Positions 12,814 to 26,610 of a stretch of 64,000 nt of DNA are shown piece after piece; the stretch's first letter is position 1; every line of letters starts with the position of its first letter. Both the position numbers and the translations under genes were made by a program. Location of the stretch: assembly GCF_006345805.1 (NCBI RefSeq), contig NC_042999.1, positions 19,902,001 to 19,966,000 of the forward strand. Direction: 5' to 3'. Source of the DNA: Octopus sinensis. Taxonomy: Eukaryota. A model generated the notes under the pieces. The model had not been told where the DNA came from. It made no database searches and saw only the letters and a program-made list of their open reading frames with translations.

Positions 12814-13640
12814 TATTTTATGCCATTTGGGATAATTTTTATCACTAAGAATTTATCAATATCGGTTTTTGTTTCATGTTATTAATGACAACCTTTGCCA
12901 AAAAAAAAAAAAAAAAACCCCAAAAAAAATCCCCAAAAAACAGTTACATGTGAGATGGGGTGTGAAAGGAAATTCTGATTTATAACAATCTACTTTCCGA
13001 TGTAAAATTTATATTAGCACTTAGAAAATCGAAATTGGGTTATAAAACCTGAGAGTGTAAGTTAGCTTGTCACAAAGCTCTTATAATTCCGAAACCATCA
13101 CTCGCAGATCTTCATTGTTCATAGCTTTTGCTATTTTTGCATATTCCAATCTATAACAGAGACATGATTTCTGTAAGGCTGCCACTTGGTAACACTGTAG
13201 TGACTTTTAATTTAAGGACAGCACCAATGGCCTTGACAGCTTCTGAGACTGCTGAGATAAAGAGATGATGTCTTCAGACAAGGAAGTTGGCCACAATACA
13301 TGCAACAGGACATCTGTGTTACTAAGGGTACACCAAGAGCTAGGGGTTAAATCAGGTCATGGATTTTCTCTCCAATGGTGTCTTATAATGTTGTTGATGT
13401 TGTGGGTGCTTCTATTACTATTTGTTTTGGTGGTGTCACTGCTTTGGTTGTTGTTTATTCCCCTGCTTATATTGGTGATATTATACCAATGGCATTTGTA
13501 GCAGAATACCTTCGTTCTTCCTTTCCATGGTTTATGATACCACAAAAAGGACTGACACCATGGCTCCCTGACTTCAACTGTCATGAACAACTTCAACTGC
13601 TGGATAGATCAGGTCAGAGATAGCTTCTATGTTCTCTTAA

Positions 13641-13861
13641 CCCTTTAGCATTTAAACTGGCCATATCCGGCCAAAAGTATTCTGCCTGTTTTATGTTCAA
13701 ACTGGCCAGATTTGGTCTCTCACACCAACCCTACAATATCATTTTAAAAATTAATAGCTACCTCATCAAAATCTCATAGCTACAAGATAATGCATGATTA
13801 GTTCAAAACAATGTAGATAAAAAAGCATTAATTTTGGCAGAATAATGCGAACACTAAAGGG
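13641..13861. mobile_element. piggyBac-type MITE
   Basis: TTAA|CCCTTTAG...CTAAAGGG|TTAA: TTAA target duplication, CCC/GGG termini, no ORF. Confidence 0.8.
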
Positions 13862-14134
13862 TTAATCTGTTTGGAACAATAATTCCATTCTGGACCCCAA
13901 TTTTACATTTGAAGCTTGTAGATTTTATATGGTTTTCTTTGCTTTTCTATCTACCATAATCATGACCACCAGCCAGCAGATATCTCTTTCTGATAGGACA
14001 TCTAGTAGCTTATCAGTCTCTAGCCAAAACAATCCCCATGAGGACCAATTAGTCACTCTTTAGCAGCATTAGCGTCAGTTGGTGTTCACCTCAGTTGGAA
14101 GTCTTCAATCTTCTAAATCTCCTCCTTGATGTTA

Positions 14135-14464
14135 AAAAAAAAGACTCCGCCGGTTACGACGACGAGGGTCCCAGCTGATACGATCAACGGAACAGCTTGC
14201 TCGTGAAATTAACGTGCAAATGGCTGAGCATTCCACAGACACGTGTACCCTTAACATAGTTCTCGGGGATAATCAGCGTGACACAGAGAGTGACAAGGCT
14301 GACCCTTTGAAATACAAGTACAACTCATTTTTGCCAGCTGAGTGGACTGGAGCAACGTGAAATAAAGTGTCTTGCTCAAGGACACAACGCGTCGCCAGGA
14401 ATCGAACTCACAACCTTACGATCATGAGCCGAATGCCCTAACCACTAAGCCACGCGCCCTCACT
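14135..14464 (-). mobile_element. SINE family D (tRNA head plus CORE-like domain)
   Basis: Minus head gcgtggcttagtggttagggcattcggctcatgatcgtaaggttgtgagttcgattcc with A and B boxes, followed by tgtgtccttgagcaagacactttatttcac. Confidence 0.85.
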
Positions 14465-14918
14465 CGTTGATGTGATATATATTTCGATGTCACATGGTGG
14501 TTTCAGACAACTTTCAACTTGGACATACTTTATTCACCATACCTGTTTGGACCTCAATCTCTTTATTGTATTGTTTTATCATGGCTCTCCCCCTGTATAT
14601 GTTTTGGCTCTGTTAAATACTCCACCTTTCCAGTTTTATATAACAATTTCTTAGCATTCTTCAGATCTTGCAGCAAAGAAAAGTAGATTCTTGTGTACAA
14701 GGCATGTTAGTGAAATCATTAGCAAATGATTTGCTTGTTGAGGTGTTGGTGCTTTGACTGGTATGATATTATTGTTGGAATAGTAGTAACATTTATTTCA
14801 ATTCTTCATTTTCCACTGTTTGCTACTATGGTAGGTATTTTTGTCCCCCTTCACCAGTCTACATTTGATCCAGGACTGCAGCTCCGTCAAAGAGATGACC
14901 TGCAGAAATTCACATCAG

Positions 14919-15325
14919 GCGCAGGAGTGGCTATGTTGTAAGTAGCTTGCTTACGAACAACATGGTTCCGGGTTCAGTCCCACTGCGTGACACCTTGGGA
15001 AAGTGTCTTCTACTATAGCTTCAGGCCGACCAAAGCCTTGTGAGTAGATTTGGTAGACGGAAATTGAAAAAAAGCCCATCGTATATATGTATATGTAAAT
15101 ATATGTGTGTTTGTGTGTCTGTGTTTGTCTCCCCAACATCGCTTGACAACCGATGCTGGTATGTTTACGTCCCCGTAACTTGGCGGTTCGGCAAAATTGA
15201 TAGAATAAGTATTAGGCTTACAAAGAATAAGTCCTGTGGTCGATTTGTTTGACTAAATGTGGTGCTCCAGCAGGGCCGCAGTCAAATGCCTGAAACAAGT
15301 AAAAGAATGAAAGAATAAAAGAATA
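14919..15325 (+). mobile_element. SINE family A, full length
   Basis: Collinear with the other family A copies. Confidence 0.9.
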
Positions 15326-16069
15326 TATAGGCCTATATGCAAAGACTGATTTCTCAAAGAAAAACACATGTTAATTTTCCTTGCTAATAATTAACAACAA
15401 TACACACACCTTCAAATAAATATATGAATTTTTAAAGGTATTAATATGACCCACTACTACCTGCCCGTTTACTTTTGTCTAGTAGCTAGCTGGTTACCGT
15501 TAATGTAAACACCTCTTATGAATATAAAAATGAAAGAATGCTTGAAATGCTAATGGTTGTATTAAAACAAAAGAAAATATTCATATATTTAATAAAACTG
15601 ATAAAATAATTAATTCCTAAACGCATCTATTTCGCTGTTTGCTCGAACAGAAGTGTATTTCCTTTTAAACAGTGTGATAATCTTAATAAAATAATGACTT
15701 ATTGTTTATCTTGAATGACAATGTCAATAACATTGTTCATACATCAACATTTAACTTGACAACGACACAAAGAATAAATTGCTTGTTTCCAAGGTGTAAC
15801 ACTAATATAAATCTATTCTCTAAAACTCTATTGAAAAAAAAATAAATAAAATAAAAAAATTTTTTTAAATAAAAAAAATAAATGAAACAAAAGAAAACAA
15901 ACAAAAAAACGGTGCTGTTATATAACATAACTGAATAATATCACTCGTATAGTTTTTGCTTCATTAGTTCTGCTTCAGAGAAAATGGCTCTAATGTAAAG
16001 GGAATTGTATTATTATTTTTTTAATATTTAATATTTTATATATAATGATATATATACACATACATACAC

Positions 16070-16106
<37 letters not shown>

Positions 16107-16116
16107 CATGCATACA

Positions 16117-16214
<98 letters not shown>

Positions 16215-16789
16215 TTAAACTACAGAAAAGTTGAAGGAAAAATTAGAAGTCATTGATGAAGTCTGTTCTGAATATGTGTCAAATTATATTCCTGTTATCA
16301 TCGGAGAGACAATCATCTGAAATTTATTACTTCTCAAGCAATTTAATTGTATCCACAGAGACCATAATGTATTTATGATTATAAAAATCAGTAATAACAT
16401 TTTCGTCCGCATAAACTATGTATATAATTATTCTTTACAGCATTACTTTACGACAACATTCGTGATCAAAGACTCAGAAGGTACGCTACTACTACTGCTA
16501 CTACTGGGGTTTTTTTTTGTTTTTTTTGGTGTGTGTGTGTTAGTCTATCTTGTGAAAATAATTATTTTCTTACGTTATTTTTTTGTCTGCGTACCAAGTC
16601 AAAATGTTCAGTAGGTTGGCAATATTGTTTCATCTCTTAGTAATATGAACGCTTACATTATATCCAATATGCTGGTAAACTTAAAACATTGTCTGACAGA
16701 ATATCATCATCATCATCATCATCATTTTAATGTCCATGATCATATTCATCTAATAAAATTTAAATACTTTCATTATTAGGCACAGTAAT

Positions 16790-17196
16790 AGCTGTGTGGT
16801 AAGTAGCTTGCTTACCAGCCACATGGTTCCGGGTTCAGTCCCACTGCGTAGCACCTTGGCCAAGTGACTTCTACTATAGCCTCAGGCCAACCAAAGCCTT
16901 GGGAGTGGATTTGGTAGACGGAAACTGAAAGAAGCACGTCGTATATATGTTTATGTATATATATATATATATGTGTGTGTGTCTGTGTTTGTGTGTCTCT
17001 GTTTGTCTCCCCAACATCGCTTGACAACCGATGCTGGTGTGTTTATGTTCCCGTAACTTAGCAGTTCGGCAAAAGAGACTGATAGAATAAGTACTAGGCT
17101 TACAAAGAATAAGTTCTGGGGTGGATTTGCTCGACTAAAGGTGGTGCTCTAGCATGGCCACTCTCAAATGACTGAAACAAATAAAAGAGAGTAAAA
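16790..17196 (+). mobile_element. SINE family A, full length
   Basis: Collinear with the other family A copies. Confidence 0.9.
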
Positions 17197-17215
17197 AGAG
17201 ATTATTATTATTATT

Positions 17216-17428
17216 ATTAGCTGGCAGAATTGTTAGCATGCTGGATCAAATGCTCAGCAGTTTCTCACCCTTTGCTACATTCTGAGTTCAAATTCCACTG
17301 AGGTCGACTTTGCCGTTCATCCTTTCAGGGCCGATAAATTGAGTACCAGTTGTGTACTGAGGTCGATCTAATCAACTGGCTCCTTCCCCCAAAATGTAAG
17401 GCCTTGTGCCTATACAAGAAAGGATTAT
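17216..17428 (+). mobile_element. SINE family B, diverged copy
   Basis: agctggcagaattgttagca..ctgagttcaaattcc..gaggtcgactttgcc..aggccttgtgcc. Confidence 0.8.
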
Positions 17429-18379
17429 TGTTATTTTTATCATTATTATTAATTTCATTAGCTTGGTGGATTGGTAGCATCATTATAACAGGAGTATAAA
17501 ATTCTTTGCTGTCTTTGTTCTCGCTCCTTACATTCTAAATTCAGCCGTGATCACCTCTAAGTTTTCCAGGCAAACTTTGTGCTTACCTCCTAAAACTCTA
17601 GCTGCACTGTTAGAAAGATTATTCTGTATTGCTGCTTGTATTTAAAATTCAGCATCTGGAGATGGCCACAAATGAACATATAGAAATGACTCTCTACCAT
17701 GTATGGTGAAACATCCAGCATTAAGGCAAATCAGTTTAGGGGTAGGAGTCAAAGTCTTATATAGCAATACAATAATTGATGGTTGCATACCACAACAATG
17801 ATTGTGCTGGCTTCCCTAGGTACTTGAGAAAAATGATAAAGATAATGCTGAAGAGTCTCAGCAGAACCAGACATCTGGTGGATCCTGACATGCATAGTGT
17901 TGGTAGAACAATACTCTTCTGATTGTAAAGAGAGCCACGCAAAAGAACTAGATTAGGACCACATTGGAGTTCCTCCAGATAAAGCCTGGACGTTATCTCC
18001 CCCATCGAATGGGTCAGACTTATGAGTAATTTGTAGGGGGCAGAAGACTGAGCTGCCAGGTGTTTAGGATATGTGGCCATCACAGAGATCTATCTACACA
18101 AACAAAACAGGAAACAAAAAAAGGATAGCCCACTGCTGCTGAAAGCACTATGCAACAACAGCGGCTTGAAAAAAAACAGAGGTTGTAAAATAGCAACAGC
18201 AGAAAAAGTTGTTGGGCTTTGAGCTCAGTACCTGGAAAAGTAGATTCATGCATCCTTTAGTGGTCTAATGCAATGGAGAGAACATCTGGCTAAATTGCTC
18301 AGATTCTAATATGGTCCAGACCCCTAGGTGGACAAGAACTGGTGTGAGATGAAGAGCAGGGTGGCAAACTTTACCCAGA

Positions 18380-18680
18380 AATATGCTAAGCAGAAGCTAT
18401 CTTTGAAGAATTGGGTGTAGGCAGCAAATACCTACATTGCATCCATTTTCTACTACAGCCTGACTATGATGCCTAGCTCTGTTTTACGGTTGACTGGACT
18501 AAAGCACTTTCTTTTCCACTTACTGTGGAGGAGGCTACTAGTCAGGAGGTCCATTTGCTATCAACATCCACTGTGTAGAGGATTGGATGTATTGTGGCTA
18601 ATGATGTGCAGACATGTACTGAGGTTACTATGTCTCCAAACTTTCCTTGATGACGAGCAACTGTGATTACTGTTTGTTTG
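18380..18680 (+). pseudogene. Decayed L1/Tx1-like LINE ORF2 (post-RT region); may extend upstream to about 17760
   Basis: Translation ..IASIFYYSLTMMPSSVLRLTGLKHFLFHLLWRRLLVRRSICYQHPLCRGLDVLWLMMCRHVLRL resembles the FLW...c.p...GGL...alrl motif of Tx1/L1 ORF2. Confidence 0.6.
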
Positions 18681-18751
18681 ATACTCTTTTACTTGTTTCA
18701 GTCATTTGACTGTGGCCATGCTGGAGCATCACCTTTAGTCGAGCAAATTGG

Positions 18752-19015
18752 GCTGTGTTGTGTTCTTCAGCAAGGCACTTTATTTCACATTGTTCCAGTT
18801 CATTCAGTTGTAGAAATGATTTGTGACATCACTGCTGCCAAGTTGTATGGGCCCCTTTTCCTTTCCCTTGGATGATGTCAGTGGTGTGGAGATGGGAAAC
18901 TGGCATGCATGGGCAACTGCTGGTCTTCCACAGATGACCTTGCCTGAACTTGTGCCACAGAGGGTAACTTTCAAGGTGCAATCTCATGGTCATGAATGAC
19001 CAAAGGGGTCTTTAC
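18752..19015 (+). mobile_element. SINE family D-related fragment (same tail as 43205-43548)
   Basis: cttcagcaaggcactttatttcacattgttcc..ttgtgacatcactg..ggtcttcca..aggtgcaatctcatggtcat. Confidence 0.65.
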
Positions 19016-21354
19016 TTTTTTTATATATATAAATGGAGAGAGAGAGAGAGAGGGGAGGGAGAGAGGGAGCTATGAATTAGTAGTGTTAGTTGCATTGTGA
19101 ATTCTTTGAATAAAACGTGAGGTTTACATATTTTAGACCACTGAGCTCTAAGTTCAAATCTTGTCTTAGTCAAGAATGCCTCTCAATATTTGAGGGTGGA
19201 TAAATAAAGTAACATAGAAGAACAGTGGATCAACAGAATATTAGAACATTAGAAGAGATACCCTTCAGTATCTGCTTCAGCCTCTGTTTTGTTATTGAGA
19301 AATAAATAAAAAAAGAAATTTAGATGCTGTCAAAAATGGTAATATGCTTGGGAAGTCTTCAAGCAAGTGCACAAGTAATGTTTTTCTTGTTGGCAGAAGA
19401 ATATGGAAGGCAAATGTCAAGACTAGTACAAGAAATGAATGTAATATATTTATATATGCATATGTTTGTGCGCATGTTGCTAACTATTGGCAAAGAAAAT
19501 TAATGTGCAGTTTTCATTGAGAGATCAGTCTTTACATATAAGGCCTGTATATATATATATATATATATTTATGTGTCCAGCATTCGCCATTATAGATCGC
19601 TAGCCACTAAACCTTTTCCTATTTTCTCTCCCTATTTATTTCTATGTTCCTTTCTGTCAATGAGCATAGGCTCAAAATGCAAAAGACTGTCTCAACTCCC
19701 GAGCGTTAAACTAATACGTCTGCTTGTTGTTTACACACCCATCTTCGTCTTTTGTTTTTTTTGTAAATTCTCACTATACGTATGTGTGTGTAGAGAGAGA
19801 GAGGGATAGGGGGGAGAGGGGGGAGGGAGAAAGGAAGAGAGATAGAGAGAGCTAAGTATTAGTAATCAAAGTAAACAAACGATGTGCATTGTGCTACATG
19901 GATGAATCAAGGGTTGAACACAGAGAATACAAGGAGAAAAATTAGATGAAAGCAGAGTAGACAGGAAAAGCAGACATAAACTGAACGGACAGAAAATTAG
20001 ATGACAATTTACATGGAATATTCACAGCTGAGTTTTTCTCTTCAGTCAAAGACCCAAAATATCTTAACAGTTTCGGGCCAATGAATTAGTAATGCTTGTT
20101 TTATCAGCTACACAATGTGTTTGTATTACGAGAAGACACTGGCAGTCACAGGGAAAAGTTCATTAGAATTTCCATTATCAAATATCACTCACGAGGTGCT
20201 GGTCAAGACGCAAGACAGCAGGATTTGAACACGGACTCAGATAACTACAAAGAAGATTTGTTAACCACACAGCCATGCCTGCACTCATGATGAATATAAA
20301 TCATGGTTGTCTCATAGCAAATTAGATTAAGTGAACAAGAATATATTTTCTATGAAATACCGCTGCAGAGTGAAAATGGCTTTTTCTATCTAAAATTGAT
20401 AAGCAACCTGCAGCTTTGGTTTTAGCTTTGATTGACAACATACGGAGAGAAACTATTACCATCCAGAAAATTAAATCACTGGCAAATTAATAATTGATCC
20501 CCCAAAAAACAATATATAGAAGACACTTTCGAAGTAAGTAACAAACTTTTCTCTTTAGCCCTCTCTTTTGGCCCCACGTTTTTCTTTCTCTCCCCCACTC
20601 TCTCTCTCTCTCTCACTTTTTTTTATCGATTCCACTGAAAAAAATATATATACTGATAACATGACAAGAAAATAAATCTTCCCAATCCATTTTTTATATG
20701 ATAAGATAACCTGCCTAACAGTGAAGGGTTATTTGCAAGGCTGGCTACATTGGCCTTAAGCTGTACATATATTGATCAGAAAAGAAGAAAGAATTGATAA
20801 ATGAGCAAAGAAATGAGGTGACATTAAGAATCTGCTTTTCTTCAACCATTAATAATTGCATCTAACATTTGTTCAGGGTTATAAATTTCAAGTCAGGCAG
20901 ATAGTCGATTATATCAATTCCACTGCTTGACTGGGTGTCATTTTAACTTGGTGGGAGGTAAGTCCTCCAAATAATGTGATTTGTAAAAAAAAATACATAA
21001 AATATTAAGTTTGGTACCCTGCTGATTCTGATAAATCCATTGCTATTTCTTTCACACAAAAAAATGTTTTGTGTGTAGTGCTGGATTAACCATTAAGCAA
21101 AATAAGCACGTGTTTATGGCATCAAGGGAAGGAGTGGGGCCACCATATAAATGGTAAATGGTTTACAGGACAAAAGAAATCACTTTAAACTTGCTAAAAT
21201 AATATCCAGGATGACGTTATCTCTACTAAGTATAGATGCAGATGTGTTACCTAAGATTAATTTTGAGGATCTAATCAAAGACTTTGCAATTCAAAAAAGT
21301 TGGAGGAAATTTTTAAAATGTAAATAAAGTGGAAGTATACCAAAATAAATATTA

Positions 21355-21743
21355 CTAGCAGTATCGCCCGGCGGTGCTCGGGTTTGTTTCGACCCTTTAG
21401 AATTGGAATTTTCGAAAAGTAAAAATTTTGCATTATGTAGCTTGTTATTCTCTTTAAGTGAACATTTTTCTGGTTGAAATACACCGAAAAATGGTGACAC
21501 AGCAGTAAAAAATCGTAAATTTTGGGATTTTCATAGAAAAAAAGCACCTTTTTGATGTAAATACTTTTTGGTGTAAACATGGTCCGATTTGAAGTTTTCT
21601 TCTACAGAAGGAAGAGCAAACCTTCTTCTACCATACTCCCAATTTTGGTCAACTTGTGCCACAGGGTCTCGGAGGAGATAGTGTTAGTTGAAGGTTACCA
21701 AACCTGCCATACACAGACAACTTCAACTTTATATATAGAGAGA
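21355..21743 (-). mobile_element. Non-autonomous Helitron
   Basis: Minus strand A|TCTCTCTATATATAAAG ... CCCGAGCACCGCCGGG hairpin ... CTAG|T: canonical 5'-TC and CTAG-3' ends, inserted between A and T. Confidence 0.8.
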
Positions 21744-22344
21744 TTTGCCCTCTTATTGTTTTGTTTCGTTTTGAAAAATAAAAATTTATTTTATGGTGTG
21801 TTATTGTTTATATTTTGAATTTCATAATCTTTTATGAGGGCACCAAGGTCTTTTAAGTGTTTAGGGCTTCGATGGGTTTTAATCTGGTCCTCGTTGCATG
21901 TGTGCATGTGTGTGTGTTTATGCGTGTGTGTGTGTCTACCGTAGGTGTAAAACTAGTCGATGGGTAATGAAGATGAGGGAGAAAATTTTCTTTGATCCAG
22001 TACAAACCTGGATAGCATCTGTCCCTGATAGGTCAGCCAGTTGTTAATAAAGGGAGTGGCAGAATAAAGAAAAGTTAATACAGAGACAAGATTTCAAAGG
22101 AACTAAAATGATGAAAGAAAATAAAAGAAGAAAGAGAGTAGAGAATAAGTTCATTAAAATGTTAACACAAAAAATTAGTGCTCACCTCAGGCTCTTCTGA
22201 AATTAAATTAAATTCAAATTAAATTAGTAACTAAAATTAAGGATTAAATTAGATACATTAGTTAAGAAATGAGTGATTGGTTTGTAACACGAAATTAATC
22301 ATATGGGGATGGAGATGAGAGACGTTACTTGATAAGAGCTCTAC

Positions 22345-22790
22345 CATAATATTGGTTTTAAATTTTAGTACAAGGCCAGCAATTTTAGAAGAGTCGGTAA
22401 GTTGAATAAATTGACCCCAGTGCTTAATTGGTACTTATTTTATTGACCCCTAAAAGAAAGAAAAGCAAAGTCAACCTCTGTGAAATTTGAACTCAGAATG
22501 TAACGATGGATGGAATGCCACCAAGTATTATATCTGGCATGTTGATGGTTCTGCCAGCTCGCTGTCCTAAATGCTACCATTAATAATCTTTTCTACTAAA
22601 AGCACAAGGCCTCAAATTTTTGGGGAGAGATTAAGTCGATTACATCGACCCCAGTACTCCACTGGTATTTATTTTATTGACCCAGAAAGGATGAAAGGCA
22701 AAGTTGACCTCAGCAGAATTTTAACTCCGAATGTGTAATAGCAGATGAAATACCTCGAAGCATTTTGCTCTGGCTAAACATGTTTACAGT
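22345..22790 (-). mobile_element. Cluster of two or more diverged SINE family B copies
   Basis: Repeated caaggcc..gtcgattacatcgaccccag..tggtactt..aaggcaaagtcaacct..gaatttgaactc modules. Confidence 0.75.
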
Positions 22791-23097
22791 ATACTGCAAA
22801 TGAATAACACTGCATGCGTAACAGTGGCACTCTTGTACAGCCATCACACAATAGCAAGGCAAGGAGACACAAGCATACACATTTGCACATTACACACACA
22901 CACATATATATATATATACACACCCATACACACACACATGCATACATGCCAATATACATACATGCATGTATATAGCAGACTCTTTTTAGTTTCCATATAT
23001 CAAATCTTCTCACAAGACTTTGGTTAGCCCAAAGAAATTGTAGAAGATCCTTGTGTTTACAAATACAACTAAGCATTTCACCAGGCATGTTAATAAT

Positions 23098-23492
23098 TTT
23101 TTTCTACTCTAGGCACAAGGCCCGAAATTTTGGGGGAGGTAGCTCAACCCCAGTACACAACAGGTACTTAATTTATCGAACCCAAAAGGATGAAAGGCAA
23201 AGTCAACTTTTGTGGAATTTGAACTCAGAACATAAAGTCAGACAAAATACCTATTTCTTATTTCCTTACTACCCACAAGGGGCTAAACACAGAGAGGACA
23301 AACAAGGACAGAAAAATGGATTAAGTCGATTATATCGACTCCAGTGCGTAACTGGTACTTATTTAATCGATCCCGAAAGGATGAAAGGCAGAGTCGACCT
23401 CGGTGGAATTTGAACTCGGAATGTAGCGGCAGACGAAATACTACTAAGCATTTCGCCCAGTGTGCTAACGCTTGTGCCAGCTTGTTGCCTTG
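23098..23492 (-). mobile_element. Dimeric SINE family B (head-body-tail2 joined to B-box-body-tail1)
   Basis: Contains the aaatacctatttc junction (about 23245) and the same two tail types as the array at 37351-39217. Confidence 0.8.
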
Positions 23493-24789
23493 ATAATAAC
23501 ATCAATAATAATAATGTTCTCAAAATTTACCACAAGGGCAGCAATTTTCAACTGGTACTTAATTTTATTGACTCCAAAAGGATGAAAGGCAAAGTCGACT
23601 TCGGCAGAATTTGAACTCAGAACACAAAGACAGGTAAAATACTTGCATTTAGTAGTAGAAGATTGAACCCAAAATGCTTTGTTCGAGGAGAAAACTTCTT
23701 ATCCACACAGTTATGTCTGCACCTGATTCATTTTCAAATACGTGCATTTGTCACAGAATGTCTTTGACTGTTATCATATCAATGCTTCTATTTCCCTTTT
23801 AGAATTTTTCTAAATTCTTAATATGGCCATTTGTCTTTTGTTGCATATAATTTTCTTCATTCTTTTTAATTTATACAAGTTTTACCAGGAATATTGCTTA
23901 AGTTATTTCCTTATTCCCATTGCTAATCCTAACTAAATAATAAACAAATTTTATTTGTACTAACTCTAAAATTTACAGCCTTCAATTTCTCCATTCTTTC
24001 CTTTAGTTCTGTTTCTGTTCGGAATATATAAGCTGTCTTTTTAATGCTGCTCTATCCTGGATAATGGTTTTATCTCAAATGATCCAGTTAGTTATATAAG
24101 TGACTCAATTTATAACTTAGCTTAAGTCTCATAAGAATTAATACTTGTAGCTTCATTGTCATTTTGACATGAAAATCTTTTTAATTTAAACTGAAACTTT
24201 ATGTAGTAACCTGTAGCTTAAACTGAATCTTATTATAATAAACAGTCCGAGTGAATAACATTTGTGTAGTGTCCTAGAAAGCTATAAGTTTATTCTTTAA
24301 TGCTTCAAAAATACATTGAAATCCTTCACTAGGAAATTGTTTTATTTCTACCACATCCATCGGACTTAATCTATAAACAGATGTCACAAAATATGATAAT
24401 CTTAACTTGATCATGAACAATCCTGTATAAAAATTACTGTTTTTTGAAGAAATAAAGTAATGCAATGTTTGACGGACAAACAAAATTATTCTAAATAATG
24501 TTTTTCTGCTTTACATTATTAAGTTAACTTTGCCACATACATTTTTTTTTATACTTCATTAAACATGGCTTTTTTTTTGGCTTCTATTTACTAGTCTTGT
24601 GATGTATTCATTTCCTTTTAGTGAGAGGAATATTCTTGAGTTTTTTCGGTTTTTTTATTAGTGTCTAAATCTTGTTCATGATGTTTTGCAAACACAAATT
24701 CATCCAATCCATTGATGCCCTGCCTTACAGCCAAGATTTATGTTACAATTTTCCCATCCTGCATCACACACTCACACAGGCTCATACAC

Positions 24790-24981
24790 ACAAGAACATG
24801 TATATATAAGTATATACATATACATATATACTTATATATGTCTGCGTATGGTGTCTATATATTTATGTATAACTATACATAATATACATAATATATATAT
24901 ATGCATACATAAATACTCTCATAAACACACAAATATATATCTATATTTATACACACACATAAATATATACATACATACAGT

Positions 24982-25013
<32 letters not shown>

Positions 25014-25265
25014 CATATCTGTATATATATACATGTACTTATATATATATATATATAGGTAGAAGATAGATATAGATAAATATATATACATATATATATA
25101 TATTAAATATATATATATACACACACACACACAAATTTATATCAATGTATATATGCATGTCTACATACATATATACATACATATACAGGTGCATACATAA
25201 ATACATATATATTGATGCATACATAAATATACATACGTGTGTATACGTTTGTGTGCATGCATCTG
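24790..25265. repeat. Degenerate TA/CA/TG compound microsatellite field
   Basis: Read directly from the sequence. Confidence 0.9.
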
Positions 25266-26610
25266 TATATACACAAGCAGTTTTATAGGAAGTCATTAAC
25301 ATGTTCTTTCATTTGGCATTTGATTTCGTTTTCGTTATAAAAAAAAAAAAAAATCACATTACCAAAAAGACAGACAAATCACAGCATATTTATATATAAA
25401 ACCCATAGGCAAGATGAACTTAAGGGTCATATATGTTTATAACATGATGAATTGATAATTTGCTTTTCATGAGAATTCCATAGTTTTTTTAACATTACTT
25501 TCTAACACTGAAACGTAGAAGCTGCAATATTTCTTTCTCGAGATGCCCATCAGCACGTTTTCAGGTACACCATTAAAAACATTACATTATAAATCTATAA
25601 AGTGAAGAATGCAGTTACGAATAAAAGATGTTTCCTTAACTATATTCTCATGCTTCTCAAATGACAAAACAAACTTGTAAATTTGATCTGAATATTAAAT
25701 GATTTTTGGGTTTTTTTTTCTTTTTTATATGGGAGAAAGGGGATTACTAACTGGAGTTTTTCATTTTGTTGCCTTGATTAAATTTCTTTTCAGGCATGGC
25801 TGTGTGGTAAGACGTTTGCTTCCCAGACACATGATTCTGGGTTCAGTTCCACTGCAGGGCAACTTGGTTAATTCTCTTCTACTATAGCCTTGGGCCAACC
25901 AAAGCTTTGTGAATTGATTTAGTAGATGGAAACCATCATCTTGGCTTAACATCCCTCATTGTTTGTTTTTATTGTGTTATTCTCTTTGCCCTGTCTTTTA
26001 CTGTTTTTACTTGTATTGTTTTTATTGTCTTGTTTTGTTCTTGCTGTCCTGTTCTTGTTACCACTTTTAACCCTCCGCAAACAATCTCAAATATTTATTT
26101 AATTTGCTTTGCGGGAAGGACTGTTTCAATGAAGTCACGTCTTGTCCTTACCTTTGAAATGCAGAGTAGCCGAAACAGGGACAACTGAAGAAGGGGAATA
26201 TTCCTTGTGTTGTATGTTTTATACTCTGTTTCTTCGTTGTTTGAAAAATACTTCGTTTCCATGTTTTTGTTTTTATGTTTTCGTTTCCCATTGTGTTCAA
26301 CGTTTTTTGGTGTCCTTTACCCATATATGTATGTATATATACATATAGATGTAGGTATATGCATATATGTATATATATATGCATATATTTATATATTATT
26401 TATATTATTATTTGATCGAATGCCCCGCATCCTTTTCCAAGTAAGTTTTATCTAAATAATTATGATGCGCACTCTTAACTTTTACTAATTCTCCTCTGTC
26501 TATCTCTTATCCATATGTATATATGCATATATTTATACATTATTTATATTATTATATGATCGAACGCCAGACATCTTTTTCCAAGTAAGTTTTATATATA
26601 TATATATATA

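Noticed and set aside
14390-14464. tRNA gene (CAT anticodon-like loop)
   Set aside because: It is the head of a SINE continuing into a CORE-like body, with no acceptor stem closure or terminator.
26140-26210. Hammerhead-like words (gccgaaac, ctgaagaagggg)
   Set aside because: The order and pairing do not fit type I, II or III topology: no GAAA after stem II and no room for stems I and III.
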